The position numbers and the translations under genes were made by a program. A DNA stretch of 64,000 nt from Octopus sinensis (taxonomy: Eukaryota), in contig NC_043006.1 in NCBI RefSeq assembly GCF_006345805.1, positions 20,646,001 through 20,710,000 of the forward strand, read 5' to 3'. The notes under the pieces are model-generated. The model worked only from the letters and a program-made list of their open reading frames with translations, ran no database searches and was not told where the DNA came from. Numbering within the stretch: the first letter of the stretch is position 1; every line of letters begins with the position of its first letter. Shown piece after piece: positions 1 through 12,055 of this stretch.

Positions 1-187
1 TATTTTGCTACCATGGACCCCTCCCTACCAAATCTTATATGGATCCTGGTTGAGAATCCCTGTCCTAAAACATTAATTATGGACATATTTACACATGTGA
101 GCACCTCATCAAAGTTGGCTCTTCATAACTTGCAGAAAAACGAGTATTTTTTAACGAAATTATCCACAAATACTCGTCAGATGGTTT

Positions 188-543
188 GATCTAATTCTCG
201 CCCACAACATCATAAGCGGAAAGTGTAACCTCTCGAAAGAGCTGTTCTTCACTCCTGCTCCAGAGCGTCGGTTGCGGGGTCATTCCGAAAAGCACTACCT
301 GCGACGATTTCATCTCAATCGAAGGAGAGGAGCTTTCTCCGTCCGGGTTGCGGATCCGTGGAACAAGCTGCCAGACGAGATGGTGAAGATGCCGACGACC
401 GCTTTGTTCAAAGCCTCCCTGGACCTCAAGTGGCCTGAACTCTTTACATGAACACCACCCTGTACTTAACTCCATGTCCCCCTACATGGCCTTGCTATTT
501 GCTTTTAAGCCAAATTAGCTAACTAACTAACTAACTAACTAAC
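188..543 (+). mobile_element. CR1/L2-like LINE 3' end (ORF2 C-terminus, 3' UTR, (CTAA)n tail)
   Basis: Frame from 188 reads ...RLRGHSEKHYLRRFHLNRRRGAFSVRVADPWNKLPDEMVKMPTTALFKASLD..., stop at 449-451. A CCATGT/ACATGG hairpin and a (CTAA)n tail follow. Confidence 0.85.
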
Positions 544-544
544 A

Positions 545-1030
545 TATTGGAATTTGTTGCGACATATTTTTTATGACATAGGTGAAGTGTTTCAGATAAC
601 TCACACGATTCGAATTTGTTTCGTCATAACTTACAAAACGAAAACAAAATGGCTAATTTTTAATGAAATTTTCTACAAATAGCTTTCATATTGTATAAGT
701 TCTGTTTATATTGGAAATTGTTGCGAAAACTTTTTCGGAAGAGGGGAAAAGTTTCAGATAAATAAAACGATTCGTCTTAGTTTCTTCCTAACTTTCAAAA
801 AGTAATAAAAAGGAGACTAGTTCTTACTGAAATTTTCTATTCCAATATAATCAGAATCTATAGATTCTGATCAAAATTGGAATTTGTTGCGAATTTTTTT
901 TCTGTGGTAGGAGAGGGGTTTCGGGTAAAACACACGATTCGACTTTGTTCTTTATAACCTTCAGAAATTTTCTACAAATATCTTTCTGATAGTGTAGATT
1001 ACGATTAAATCGGAATTTAATATGAAAAAA
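545..1030. repeat. Degenerate ~165-bp tandem repeat (3 units)
   Basis: TTGGAA(T/A)TTGTTGCGA recurs at 547, 711 and 877, each followed by similar ACGATTCG and AAATTTTCTA blocks. Confidence 0.7.
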
Positions 1031-1162
1031 AAAGAAAAGAAAAGAAAAAAATGCTGTTTGCGCACACTTGCATACTAACAGACATCGCATGTATATCTAA
1101 AATATGAAAACTTGAAATTTTGAAAAAAAAAAATGGGATTTGTGTCAGTATGCTGGTGTGTA

Positions 1163-1526
1163 TACTCTTTTACTCTTTTACTTGTTTCAGTCATTTGACT
1201 GCGGCCAAGACTTATTCTTTTGTAAGCCCAGTACTTATTCTATCGGTTTCTTTTGCCGAACCGCTAGTTAACAGGGGACATAACACACACCAGCATCGGT
1301 TGTCAAGCAATGCTAGGGGGACAAACACAGACACACAAACACACACACGCATATATATATACATACATATATACGACGGGCTTCTTTCAGTTTCCGTCTA
1401 CCAAATCCACTCACAAGGCCCGAGGTTATAGTAGAAGACACTTGCCCAAGGTGCCACGCAGTGGGACTGAACCCCGAACCATGTGGTTGGTAAACAAGCT
1501 ACTTACCACACAGCCACTCCTGCGCC
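1163..1526 (-). mobile_element. SINE family B (tRNA head, CORE-like body, internal microsatellite), internally deleted
   Basis: Matches the other B copies: head GGCGCAGGAGTGGCTGTGTGG, CCTTGGGCAAGTGTCTTC, tail GACTGAAACAAGTAAAAGAG. Confidence 0.85.
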
Positions 1527-1964
1527 TATGTATGGCTAACAAGTTTTTAAAAATTACCTTAAATTCATATATAACCGTAGTTAGCAACCTCTGTTATGTA
1601 TTTGTAGGGATACCCATTAAAAGATGCCTATTTTACTGAAAGTTATGAGGAAGCAAAGTCGAATCGTTTGAATTGTCCGAAGATCCTCTCTCCCCCAACC
1701 GGAAAAATTTCACAACAAACTCGTAATCTATATCATCTGAAATGGTATTTATCTTATACTTATTTATCCTTTTATTTGTTTCTGTCATTAGACTTCGGCC
1801 ATACTAAAGAATTTCAGTTGAACGAATCGACTCACAGAAATTCCTTTTTTAAAACCTGATACTCTATCGGCCTGTTTTGTCGAGCCGCTAGGTTACGGGG
1901 ACGTAAACATGTCAACACCGGTAGCCAAGCAATGGTAGAAGACAAACAAACACACACACATATT

Positions 1965-2222
1965 GGAATCTTACATATATAAGATCCGAAAAAATGGATC
2001 TACAACTTCAATATCCCTACATATCTCACATCTATTTTCTTTCTTCCACCCCACTCTCTATTTTGTATCCTATCTAAATTAGCTATTACTTAATCATCTT
2101 CTCACACTGTCTCCGATGAAGGGATATTATTAATAAATATCCCAGAAACAGCTGTAAGACCTTCTATCTATAAATGTTCTAATATCTACACATCCTTGGT
2201 TTTTTAATTCCTTACGCACCAA
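1965..2222 (+). mobile_element. Penelope-like terminal (pLTR-type) fragment with hammerhead
   Basis: Contains a hammerhead motif, ends at a (TA)n array, and resembles the 3' region of the GIY-YIG relic at 8.9-9.0 kb. Confidence 0.65.
2109..2160 (+). ncRNA. Type I hammerhead ribozyme motif (U4C core)
   Basis: GTCT-CCGATGA-A-GGGATATT..AATATCCC-A-GAAA-CAGCTG-TA-AGAC: 4-bp stem I, 8-bp stem II, palindromic stem III ACAGCTGT, predicted GUA cleavage after 2156. Confidence 0.75.
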
Positions 2223-2228
2223 AAAATC

Positions 2229-2263
<35 letters not shown>

Positions 2264-2336
2264 ATAGATATATATATATATATATAATATATTATATATA
2301 TATATATAAATAATATGTATGTATGTATATATATAG

Positions 2337-2493
2337 TTAATCCAACATGAAAACACAAAGAGAAAACACAACAACGTGAGGACGTGGAACAAGTATAGTT
2401 ATTGGACGCTCAGGAAGGAAAGAAAGAAGGAAGATATAACGTTTCGATCGGAGCTCTTCGTCAGGAACAGAGGAAAAGGAAAGATCCAAGGAA
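2337..2493 (-). mobile_element. Penelope-like terminal module with degenerate hammerhead (2434-2468)
   Basis: Reverse complement matches 50500-50660 and 9127-9217. Minus strand reads CTGACGA-A-GAGC-TCC-GATC-GAAA-CGT-T with a mismatched stem I. Confidence 0.7.
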
Positions 2494-2593
2494 NNNNNNN
2501 NNNNNNNNNNNNNNNNNNNNNNNNNNNNNNNNNNNNNNNNNNNNNNNNNNNNNNNNNNNNNNNNNNNNNNNNNNNNNNNNNNNNNNNNNNNNN
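2494..2593. other. Assembly gap (100 N)
   Basis: Run of 100 N. Confidence 1.
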
Positions 2594-2884
2594 ACTTGGA
2601 ATTCATCATTGGATGTTCCAGGTGCATTTGGATGCCTAACCGCAACGGATCATCGGGATAACACTTTATAGCGTTATATTACCGTTGTATTTGTCGTTGT
2701 TGTTGTTGTTGTTAAGCAACAAGACGGGTAAGGGTGATTAAGTGATGGTCTAGGGCTTAGGGGCGGGAGACCCCAGACCTAAGAAAAGAAAAATACTTTG
2801 GTCGTCCATTCTTGACCATCCCACCCAAATTGGACCACATAACCACCTACTACTACACTTCACCTTCCATTTTAAGATCCTAGT

Positions 2885-2931
2885 TGTCATCATCATTTCC
2901 TTCTTCCCCCCTTCGTTATCATCATCATCAA

Positions 2932-2965
<34 letters not shown>

Positions 2966-3140
2966 TATGTCGTCGTCGTCATCATCATCAATATCATCAT
3001 CATCGTCTTCATCTTCATTAATATCATCATCATCATCATCATCTATGTCGTCGTCGTCGTCGTTATCATCATCAATATCATCGTCATCGTCTTCATCTTC
3101 ATCAATATCATCATTATCATCATCATCATCATCATCATCA
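2885..3140. repeat. (ATC/GTC)n trinucleotide microsatellite
   Basis: Direct reading; source of the poly-D and poly-S ORFs. Confidence 0.95.
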
Positions 3141-4341
3141 TGGAAAAAAAAAAAAAAAAATACTTTGGTCGTCTTGTTGTAGTCGAGGGCTCTTCGTTGA
3201 CGCCCGACACCACTGGGAGGTGGCCCTCGAAGTCGCTGGAAATGGAGATCTCCAGGTCCAAATTCTTGAACGGCTGTATTTGTCGTACCATGGGTGTGCT
3301 CGATTAATTTGAAAGGGAGCACGAAGTAATGAAGCTATCATTAAGCTATAAAACATCTCATTAGATGTGCCACAAAGCCGTAATTCACGAGAACAATTAG
3401 CTGCTGTTGATTGTTGTGTTCTGTATTTTGCATAAATTGATCGAATCTGTGTTTATTAAATAAGATGATGAGGAAATATATACGAAAGTGAATTAAATTA
3501 TGCCAAGATATTGAATTTTAATGTATTTTTTTCTTTTTCGTTCGTGGGTTTTTGAGGCTTTTGTTAATTATGCTAAAGTGATCAGTTATATTATATTACA
3601 AACTGTTTTTGATATAATGAAAAACATCTCGTCTTCTTAGAATCAAGAGTAAATTATGTTACGACAATTTTTCAATTTTCATTCCCAAACACCCACACAC
3701 ACACACACATCGTCGTCGTCGTCGTCGTAGTTCTCAGCCGCAGCACCAACACCACCACCACCACTCCCACCACAATAATCATTATCATTATCATCATCAT
3801 CGTCGTTGTCGTTGTCGCCGTCATCGTCTGGCAGAATCCATAGCACGTCAGGCAAAACAAGAGGCTGTGAAACGCTTTGTAATTTTTTTTTTTTCTATTC
3901 CTTACTTTCTGAGTTCATTTCCCGCCGATGTCAGTTTTTGCCTTTCATCTTTTTCGGATCGACGGAAAAAGTACCAATTGAACGCTGGGGTCGATGTAAC
4001 CGACTTTCCTTCGCCACTAAAACAGTTGGTGTCATGTATCAAATTTGAAACCATTATTGTGGTTTGTAAGACACGTCTTTCGATTGCTCATCTCTTTAAC
4101 GGAACTGCAATCGTGGGTAAAAAAAAAAGACAATAAGATTAGGTGCCTGGCATCTTAAATGTCGTTAGATGCTCACTGCCTTGTACCAGTCGGGCAGTAC
4201 GGTCGGTGGAAGTTCTACGCTATCAATATATAGAAATCTGGTGGCGAGTAAGAGCAATAACGTTGCCGGGGAACCTCTAGGCGTCGATGAGGATGAACTA
4301 ATTAGTCTGTTTCAGAGGACTTGTGAAACCAGTACTAACTC

Positions 4342-4768
4342 TCTATATATAAAAGGCAGTTTGTCTGTCTGTGTGTCTGTGTGGCTGTCAGGTTGTACCC
4401 TCACCCTGACCACGGCTTTCAACCGATTCTGATGAAACTTGACACACACTTAGCCCAATGTCATAATTCAAAACTAACGCAGCGAAAATTTTGAAAAGTT
4501 CCCCCAGTTCTGAAAAATAATCGATAAATTCGACATGGGGTCGAGAATCTAAGCTTTTTATATGCAACACATTTTCTGTTGTAGTTTTCGCAACTTGCAA
4601 TCGGGAGACAGCTAGGAACATCGTATACATAGAAGTATTCGAGTGAAGAGAAGACATTGCAACCTACACATGCGCCTTCGTTCCCTAGAGGGAAAGAACT
4701 AGATTGGGATTAGTCGTTGCCTTCTAGGGGCTCTTACATACCCGGGCAACGCCGGGCTATGCTGCTAG
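4342..4768 (+). mobile_element. Non-autonomous Helitron (family H1)
   Basis: 5' TCTATATATAAAA; 3' hairpin CCCGGGCAACGCCGGG followed by CTAG|T. Confidence 0.8.
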
Positions 4769-4789
4769 TGATGAATAACTTTCAGAAGT

Positions 4790-5240
4790 CCCTGGCCTAG
4801 TAGTGCTACCGAAAAGCACTGCTGGTTCGAGATAAATTCTACGGGCACGGAAGCGCTGCTATGTGGGACTGTCTGAGATGCGCGCAGATGGACGAAACCG
4901 TTCTGCACGCACTCGTGCAAGTACCCGAATATTGCTGACCTGTGGACTAATGTCGAACAGCTGTTATCGAATGTGAGACGAATCCGACGATCGGCCGAAT
5001 CCATCGTGAGGATTGCCCCATCACCCCTACTTTAACAAGGCTGGGCAAGCGGTGTTCCTCCGTCTAGTGGCCACGGCGAAAAAGATTATGTGGTGGACGA
5101 GGCTGAAGGGATTGAGCAAAGACGCTTTCCTCTTCGGTCAAGCTGTTTCAGGTTCCACCTGGAATGGAAAGTGAGGATGACGAGAGAAGTACTACAGCCC
5201 AGTGAATTTGTGAAAAAAATGACGAAAGTGGCAAAAATGA
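4790..5240 (+). mobile_element. L1/Tx1-like LINE ORF2 C-terminal relic
   Basis: CLRCAQMDETVLHALVQ (zf-RVT-like knuckle) and LVATAKKIMWWTR motifs, with frameshifts. Confidence 0.65.
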
Positions 5241-5331
5241 TTTAGAGTGAATGAAACTTCTCTACACATCCTACAGATCGGAGAGCAACAGTTGGGGGGG
5301 GGGTCTCGTGACTTTTGCTGTGAGGGTAATC

Positions 5332-5560
5332 TATTTCTTTACTACCCACAAGGAGCTAAACACAGAGAGGACGAACAAGGACGAACAAACGGATTAAGTC
5401 GATTACATCGACCCCAGTGCGTAACTGGTACTTAATTTGTCTACCCAGAAAGGATGAAAGGCAAAGTTGACCTCGGCGGAATTTGAACTCAGAACGTAAC
5501 GGCAGACGAAATACAGCTAAGCATTTCGCCCGCGTGCTAACGATTCTGCCAACTCTCCGC
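5332..5560 (-). mobile_element. SINE family A with 20-bp TSD
   Basis: Family A consensus. TSD CTTTTGCTGTGAGGGTAATC at 5312-5331 and 5561-5580. Confidence 0.95.
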
Positions 5561-5650
5561 CTTTTGCTGTGAGGGTAATCCTTGACTTGTGGCATTTCAT
5601 GATTTGTCCTTGTTGGAGTTTCTCCTCTTTCAGGACTGTGCCATTCATGT

Positions 5651-6057
5651 TACTCTTTTACTGTTTCACTCTTTTACTTGTTTCAGTCATTTGACTGCTG
5701 CCATGCTGGAGCACCGCCTTTAGTCGAGCAACTCGACCCTGGAACTTATTCTTTTTTGTAAGCCCAGTACTTATTCTATCGGTCTCTTTTTCCGAACCGC
5801 TAAGTGACGGGGACGTAAAACACACCAGCATCGGTTGTCAAGCAATGCTAGGGGGACAAACACAGACAACACACACATATATCTAATATATATACTATAT
5901 ACGACAGGCTTCTTTCAGTTTCCGTCTACCAAATCCACTCACAAGGCATTGGTCGGCCCGGGGCTATAGCAGAAGACACTTGCCCAAGATGCCACGCAGT
6001 GGGATTGAACCCGGAACCGTGTGGTTGGTGAGCAAGCTACTTACCACACAGCCACTC
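5651..6057 (-). mobile_element. SINE family B
   Basis: Near full-length match to other B copies. Confidence 0.9.
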
Positions 6058-6711
6058 TTTTCCATTTCTCTCTCGTCGTCCTTTATGCAAATTCCTACAC
6101 AAGTTTTTGCTGTCCTTATGACATCCCAGTCATCTATACCTCTGTGGCTAATAAAAAAATTATTATTATTATTAGTTTTTCTTCTTTCTTCAATGTCATT
6201 TTCATATCTTGCCGGCTGTCTTTCCGACACCTAGGGCAAAGAAATTTATTGTATACCTAAAAGTAAACACACCAGATTATTCATTTACAAAATCAAATTA
6301 CGTAAAAGAAAAGAAAATGTTTACACGCAAGGTTATCATTTACAGTTATCATCATCATCTTCGTCGTCGTCGTCGTCATCCTCCTCCTCCTCCTCCTCCT
6401 CATCCTCATCATCATCATCATCATCATCATCACGACGACGGCCACCACCACCACTCAATAAGTAAGTTGTTTTACTGTAATTCCAGTTTTTTTTAATATT
6501 TTTGGAGACCTTAGACAATCACTCTCTATATTCTTCAGTGTCCAGTGAAGGAAGATCGAGCTTATACAAAGACAAATCCAAAACGAATACTAAGAGGATC
6601 TCAATCAAGGAATAACCAAAGTTTGTGAATACATACATTTATAAATATATATGGATAAGTATTATCTATGTGTTCTGATAATATATACTGACATATATAT
6701 ATATCTATATA

Positions 6712-6742
<31 letters not shown>

Positions 6743-6762
6743 ATATACATATATATAATATA

Positions 6763-7158
6763 TCTTTATATATAAAAGTAAGTTGTGTGCTGTCTGTCTC
6801 CTACGATTTAGATTCCTAACTACTCCCACATTTTGCGGTTGCAGTTTAACCAAAACCGGGTATCTTATAGTCGTGATTCATATCGAGCCCTTCTGGGTAT
6901 TAGCGCGCGTCTACGATGAGTCTAAGATTTAAAAAAAAAATTACCATCAATTTTTCCCATTTTTAATGCATTTTTGGCATATATAAGGGAAGTAACTCTC
7001 TAAAAGTTTATTATTAAATCTCAGAACGTAAAAAGCTACAGTAGCACCCCCCTTTGTGGTTAACCATATTGAGATGGCTTATTATACTTTATATCTCTAA
7101 AAATGCTTATATAGTTATTTCCCTTACAAACCCGAGCAACGCCGGGCGATACTGCTAG
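6763..7158 (+). mobile_element. Non-autonomous Helitron (family H2)
   Basis: A|TC...CTAG|T ends, 3' hairpin CCCGAGCAACGCCGGG, homologous to 39012-39528. Confidence 0.85.
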
Positions 7159-7221
<63 letters not shown>

Positions 7222-7831
7222 ATATATACATATACATACATACATACATACATATATAATGTGAGTGTGTGTGTGTTTGTAAATTTGTCGTGTAAGATAT
7301 GGATTCGGAGAACCGTGCGGCTATCACAGAAAGGCCCGGTTACGGACTCGGCTACTAGTTCACATAGTAATCCTGTACCAAGAATTGTAATGTATAGTGT
7401 CCATACAGAGTTGAATTCCAGAAGGTCCGATGAATGAAATTATCTTAAGAATAGTATATAGACAATAAAAATCAGGAGGTATGAGGGATGAATATATATT
7501 TATTTAAGCACTGGACATCTTTGGGATTACGGCCGTTTCGGTACCTTCTTTATGTAATGATGATTTCATTGTAGAAGGAATTATGTTTATACGTTTGCAT
7601 TAATATGCATACGCAGCATTATAAAATACAATTGTATATTCACAAAACAGTGCAGAGGAAGAAACCTAGCTCTTGAGATCACGGGAACATCATATGGAAG
7701 CACTCCGTCGGTTACATCTTTATTATATATCTATATCTGTATATCTATATCTACATCTATACATGTGTGTATGTGTGTGTATGTGTATGTGCGTGTGTGT
7801 GAGTGGCTGCGTGTGTGAGTGTGAATGTGTA

Positions 7832-8066
7832 TACTCTTTTACACTTTTACTTGTTTCAGTCATTTGACTGCGGCCATGCTGGAGCACCGCCTTTAATCGA
7901 GCAACTCGACCCCGGGACTTATTCTTTTGTAAGCCCAGTACTTATTCTATCGGTCTCTTTTGCCGAACCGCTAAGTAACGGTGACATAAACACACCAGCA
8001 TCGATTGTCAAGCAATGCTAGGGCGACAAACACAGACACACAAACACACACACACATACACACACA

Positions 8067-8104
<38 letters not shown>

Positions 8105-8249
8105 TACGACGGGCTTCTTTCAGTTTCCGTCTACCAAATCCACTCATAAGGATTTGGTCGGCCCGAGGCTATAGTAGAAGACACTTGCCCAAGGTGCTAC
8201 GCAGTGGGACTGAACCCGGAACCATGTGGTTGGTAAACAAGCTACTTAC
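7832..8249 (-). mobile_element. SINE family B
   Basis: Match to B consensus, slightly 5'-truncated. Confidence 0.9.
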
Positions 8250-8580
8250 GTGATAAAAGTGTATAAACATATATGTACATATGCATATGTACAATGTGAA
8301 TTGAAAGGTAGACGCGGAAGCAAAATGAAGACAATATAACAGCATGCACTCTGCCTTGCATTTCTTTATTTCGTACTCAGTACCCCTTCGTCAGGAGAAA
8401 TATGGAGACGGTGTAATCTTGGGCTGGAAATTTAGTAGAACAGTTGGAACTCTAATGTCAGAGGGGTGTCCGATATCAAAATCATAGTGTCTGTCAACAC
8501 TGCTGAATTTGTGATATACCTTGATGGTCAGCCTGGAGAAATTAGCATTAGGATGTCTTCCATATACATAAAGTAGAAAC

Positions 8581-9020
8581 CGCAGGTGTACCAAGTGTTA
8601 CATGTATTTGATTTCTAAATCACGTTTGCGAAGGGAAGTTCTGTTCAGAGCCGTTTCTACATGGGAAGCAGCATCACAAAGTTACAAAATTTTATGAAGG
8701 AACATATAAAAACAGACGCATCATGCCAAAACAGTTAGAGAAATGCTACACTCAAGAATCTATTTACTATTAAAGAACATAACGTAACATCGGCAATTTC
8801 GGGATCAAAAAGAGGTCCTCATTCACAAACAAAAACCATCCATCAACTACAAAAGTGGTTTATACGAAGCAGATTGATTATTGTAGCTATAACTATACCG
8901 TTCTGCACATGTCGCAAATCCTAACCCCACTTCTATATACCTGACCTAAAGATACCTGTGTGATACCATCCTCGATTTCTTCACTGACGAAGAAATATTA
9001 ACCCAGAAATATAGAGATAC
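8581..9020 (+). mobile_element. Penelope-like element relic: GIY-YIG endonuclease fragment plus degraded hammerhead
   Basis: FYMGSSITKLQNFMKEH has the YxG....L.....EH spacing of PLE GIY-YIG. EVLIHKQKPSIN matches the C-terminal E..I....P.LN motif. CTGACGA..CCCAGAAA lies at 8984-9009. Confidence 0.65.
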
Positions 9021-9126
9021 AAGACAAAGTGCAAGTTGTTTTGTCTTCGTTACTTCTGTTTCCATAAATTCCTTTCCACATTGTACAGGATTTTGAACAA
9101 GGTTAATTTTAAAATTACGCACACAC

Positions 9127-9217
9127 CTTCCTTCCTGAGCGTCCAATAATACTATATTTGATCCACGTCCTCGCGTTGTTGTGTTTTCTCTTTGTGTTTT
9201 CATGTTTCGATTAACTT
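9127..9217 (+). mobile_element. Penelope-like terminal module, 3' part only
   Basis: CTTCCTTCCTGAGCGTCCAATAATACTATATTTG... matches 50577-50660; ends at (TA)n. Confidence 0.7.
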
Positions 9218-9360
9218 TACATATATATATATATATATATTTACACTCACATACATACATACGGGTGGGCACATAAGTGCAAAACAAGGTGATAAAAATA
9301 GTACTCGAATACCAATAGTAGAGTAATATACATTTGATAAAGCTACAAGATTATGACATA

Positions 9361-9398
9361 ATATTACTCAGAGTTTCACGTTCCCGTTCGTCGGACGC
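9361..9398 (-). ncRNA. Minimal type I hammerhead motif (U4C core)
   Basis: Minus strand: GCGT-CCGACGA-ACG-GGAA-CGT-GAAA-CTCTGAG-TA-ATAT. GNRA-capped stem II, near-palindromic stem III, weak stem I. Confidence 0.6.
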
Positions 9399-9565
9399 TG
9401 TGATGAATACTGAATTAAAGTGGTGATGGTACATGTAATATAATGTGACGTAATACAAAACACATGAATAAGGATAGATAATATTATAAATAAATATATA
9501 TATAATATATCTATATATATATATTTATATCATTAGTCATGTTGTGTTTTGATATATATATATAT

Positions 9566-9598
<33 letters not shown>

Positions 9599-9628
9599 GA
9601 TATATATGTGGGTGTGTGTGTGTGTATC

Positions 9629-10040
9629 GGAGGAGGAGTGGCTGGGTGGTATAAAGCTTGCTTCCTAACCACAAGGTTTCAGGTTCAGTCCCACTGCGTT
9701 GCATCTTGAGCAAGTGTATTCTAACGTAGCTTCGGCCCGACCATAGCCTTGTGAGTCGATTTGGTAGACAGAAACTGAAAGAAGCCCGTCGTATGTATGT
9801 ATGTATGTATGTATGTATGTATGTATGTATGTATGTATGTATGATGTATGTATGTGTTTGTCCCCCCCCACCATCACTTGACAGCCGATGTTGGCGTGTT
9901 TACGTTCTCGTAACTTAGCGGTTCGGCAATAGCAATAGATAGAATAAGTCCTGGAGTCGATTTCTTCGACTAAAAGCAGTGTTGCAGCGTGGTCGCAGTC
10001 AAATAACTGAAAGAAATAAAATAATAAAAGAATAAAAGAA
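9629..10040 (+). mobile_element. SINE family B (diverged, internal (TATG)n)
   Basis: Match to B consensus. Confidence 0.85.
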
Positions 10041-10042
10041 TG

Positions 10043-10093
<51 letters not shown>

Positions 10094-10620
10094 ATATGTA
10101 ATTTCATGTATGTATAAACACAAATACACATACATACACGCATACATATATACAGTCGAAATATTCCTACTCCCACCTTCTCTTTCTCATTATCCTTTTA
10201 TACTTGTATCCAAGAATGCACACACACACACACACACACACCACACACACTCACACGCACGCACCTACTCACACAGACGCACGCTGACGCATAGTCGCAC
10301 ACACAGATTGTTGTAAGACACAAACAACATCACTGAAATATGAAATACTCGAAGCATCATCTATAAACCACTTGAAATAACAGAACCTGCAGACAAAGAG
10401 CAGGAGAAAAATGAAATATTATCTGTAGATTATCAGGCAGCTTTGGGCATTCATTTAGTATGGAAGTATAAAAGTAAAACAAATAAATTCATTGCAACTC
10501 TCTGATTTTAAAAGCAGAAAGCCTCTCAAAAGATATTTTACTGAGAACATTATGTGTGCATGTGTGTGTGTATGTGTGTGTGTTTGTTGTGTGTGTGAAT
10601 GCATGTATATAAATATGTAT

Positions 10621-10670
<50 letters not shown>

Positions 10671-10718
10671 CATACACACTTGTGTAAGTGTATATGTATA
10701 TATATATATACATATTGT

Positions 10719-10719
10719 A

Positions 10720-10778
<59 letters not shown>

Positions 10779-10817
10779 GTCTCTCTTTCTATATATATAT
10801 TATATAGAGAGAGAGAG

Positions 10818-10849
<32 letters not shown>

Positions 10850-10908
10850 TGATAAATAGATAGATTTATCTATATATATATATAGATAGATAGATAAGAA
10901 CATATGTA

Positions 10909-10941
<33 letters not shown>

Positions 10942-10969
10942 GTATCTCTCTCTCTATCTATCTATCTAT

Positions 10970-11059
<90 letters not shown>

Positions 11060-11100
11060 TTATCTATATATATATAGAGAGATAGATAGATAAGAACATA
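10719..11100. repeat. Compound (CT)n/(ATCT)n/(TA)n/(GA)n/(GATA)n microsatellite
   Basis: Direct reading. Confidence 0.9.
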
Positions 11101-11104
11101 TGTA

Positions 11105-11513
11105 TATATGTATCACGAGCAAGATCCTGCCACCAAGTGTTCTGCATTTTTCTGAGAGATCGCTGCTGTAGTGATTTTACACTGCTATATTGGTCAAGTG
11201 CTAGATTTCGCTGCACAACTGAAAGTCCTCTCTGCAGCAATACATTGTGGACATGGCACTTTACAACCAATAGCCACTGAACTTCAGCATCATTTTCCTC
11301 AAACCAGTCTCTGTGTCTGGCAGTAGCATATCCCAGTGTTTCAACAGCACATTGAAGAACCTGGTCTCGAAATTCTTCCCATTCTGCAGTATTTTCAATG
11401 CTGGACAAGCGAGTCTGAAGCTCTTTACTCAACACAGCATCATTTATCTTGTGGACATTCAGATGCCAAGGAATGCCAACTGGCCTTCTTCTCTCTTTCA
11501 CTCTAATCATCAT
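11105..11513 (-). mobile_element. RTE-clade LINE ORF fragment
   Basis: WEEFRDQV...LGYATARHRDWFEENDAEVQWLL resembles the RTE/BovB inter-domain DWFDEND motif. Confidence 0.7.
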
Positions 11514-11553
11514 CTAGAACTTTGGTCTTACCAGATTGTAAAAGAATAAAAGA

Positions 11554-11601
<48 letters not shown>

Positions 11602-11689
11602 TGATTGACTGATTGACTGATTGATTGGTTGATTATATATATATATTGATTGATTGATTGATTGATCGCTAAATCCACAAGTTATTTTA

Positions 11690-11845
11690 TTCTCTCTCTG
11701 TCTATTTTCTCCTCTTCCTTTCTGTTGAAGAGCGTAGGCTCGAAACGTAAAAGACTTTCTCACTTTCCCGAGCGTCAAACTAATGCACCTGCTTGTTGCT
11801 CATACATCCGTCTTCCTCGTTGTTTCTTCTGTAAACTTCAACTAT
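11690..11845 (+). mobile_element. Penelope-like terminal module with hammerhead at 11718-11753 (A6U core)
   Basis: CTTT-CTGTTGA-A-GAGC-GTAG-GCTC-GAAA-CGT-A-AAAG. Related copies at 12.98-13.07, 52.3-52.5 and 55.96-56.13 kb; ends at (TA)n. Confidence 0.7.
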
Positions 11846-11887
11846 ATATATATATGTATGTATGTATGTATGTATTTATGTATAAAT

Positions 11888-11962
<75 letters not shown>

Positions 11963-12018
11963 AAACAAGATAGAAAAAACAAGATAGAAATACTAAAATA
12001 ATTTTATAAAGAACATTT

Positions 12019-12055
12019 CAGTACCGGTTTCAGTCATTTGAGACCTTTTCAACTG
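12019..12055 (-). ncRNA. Minimal type I hammerhead motif (U3-A8 covariant core)
   Basis: Minus strand: CAG-TTGAAAA-GGTC-TCAAAT-GACT-GAAA-CCGG-TA-CTG, inside a module (11958-12100) repeated at 28232-28370. Confidence 0.7.

Noticed and set aside
7525-7554. Minus-strand GAAA-CGGCCG-TA with GGTACC stem
   Set aside because: The CUGANGA core and stem I have decayed, so it is counted only as a relic and not listed as a feature.
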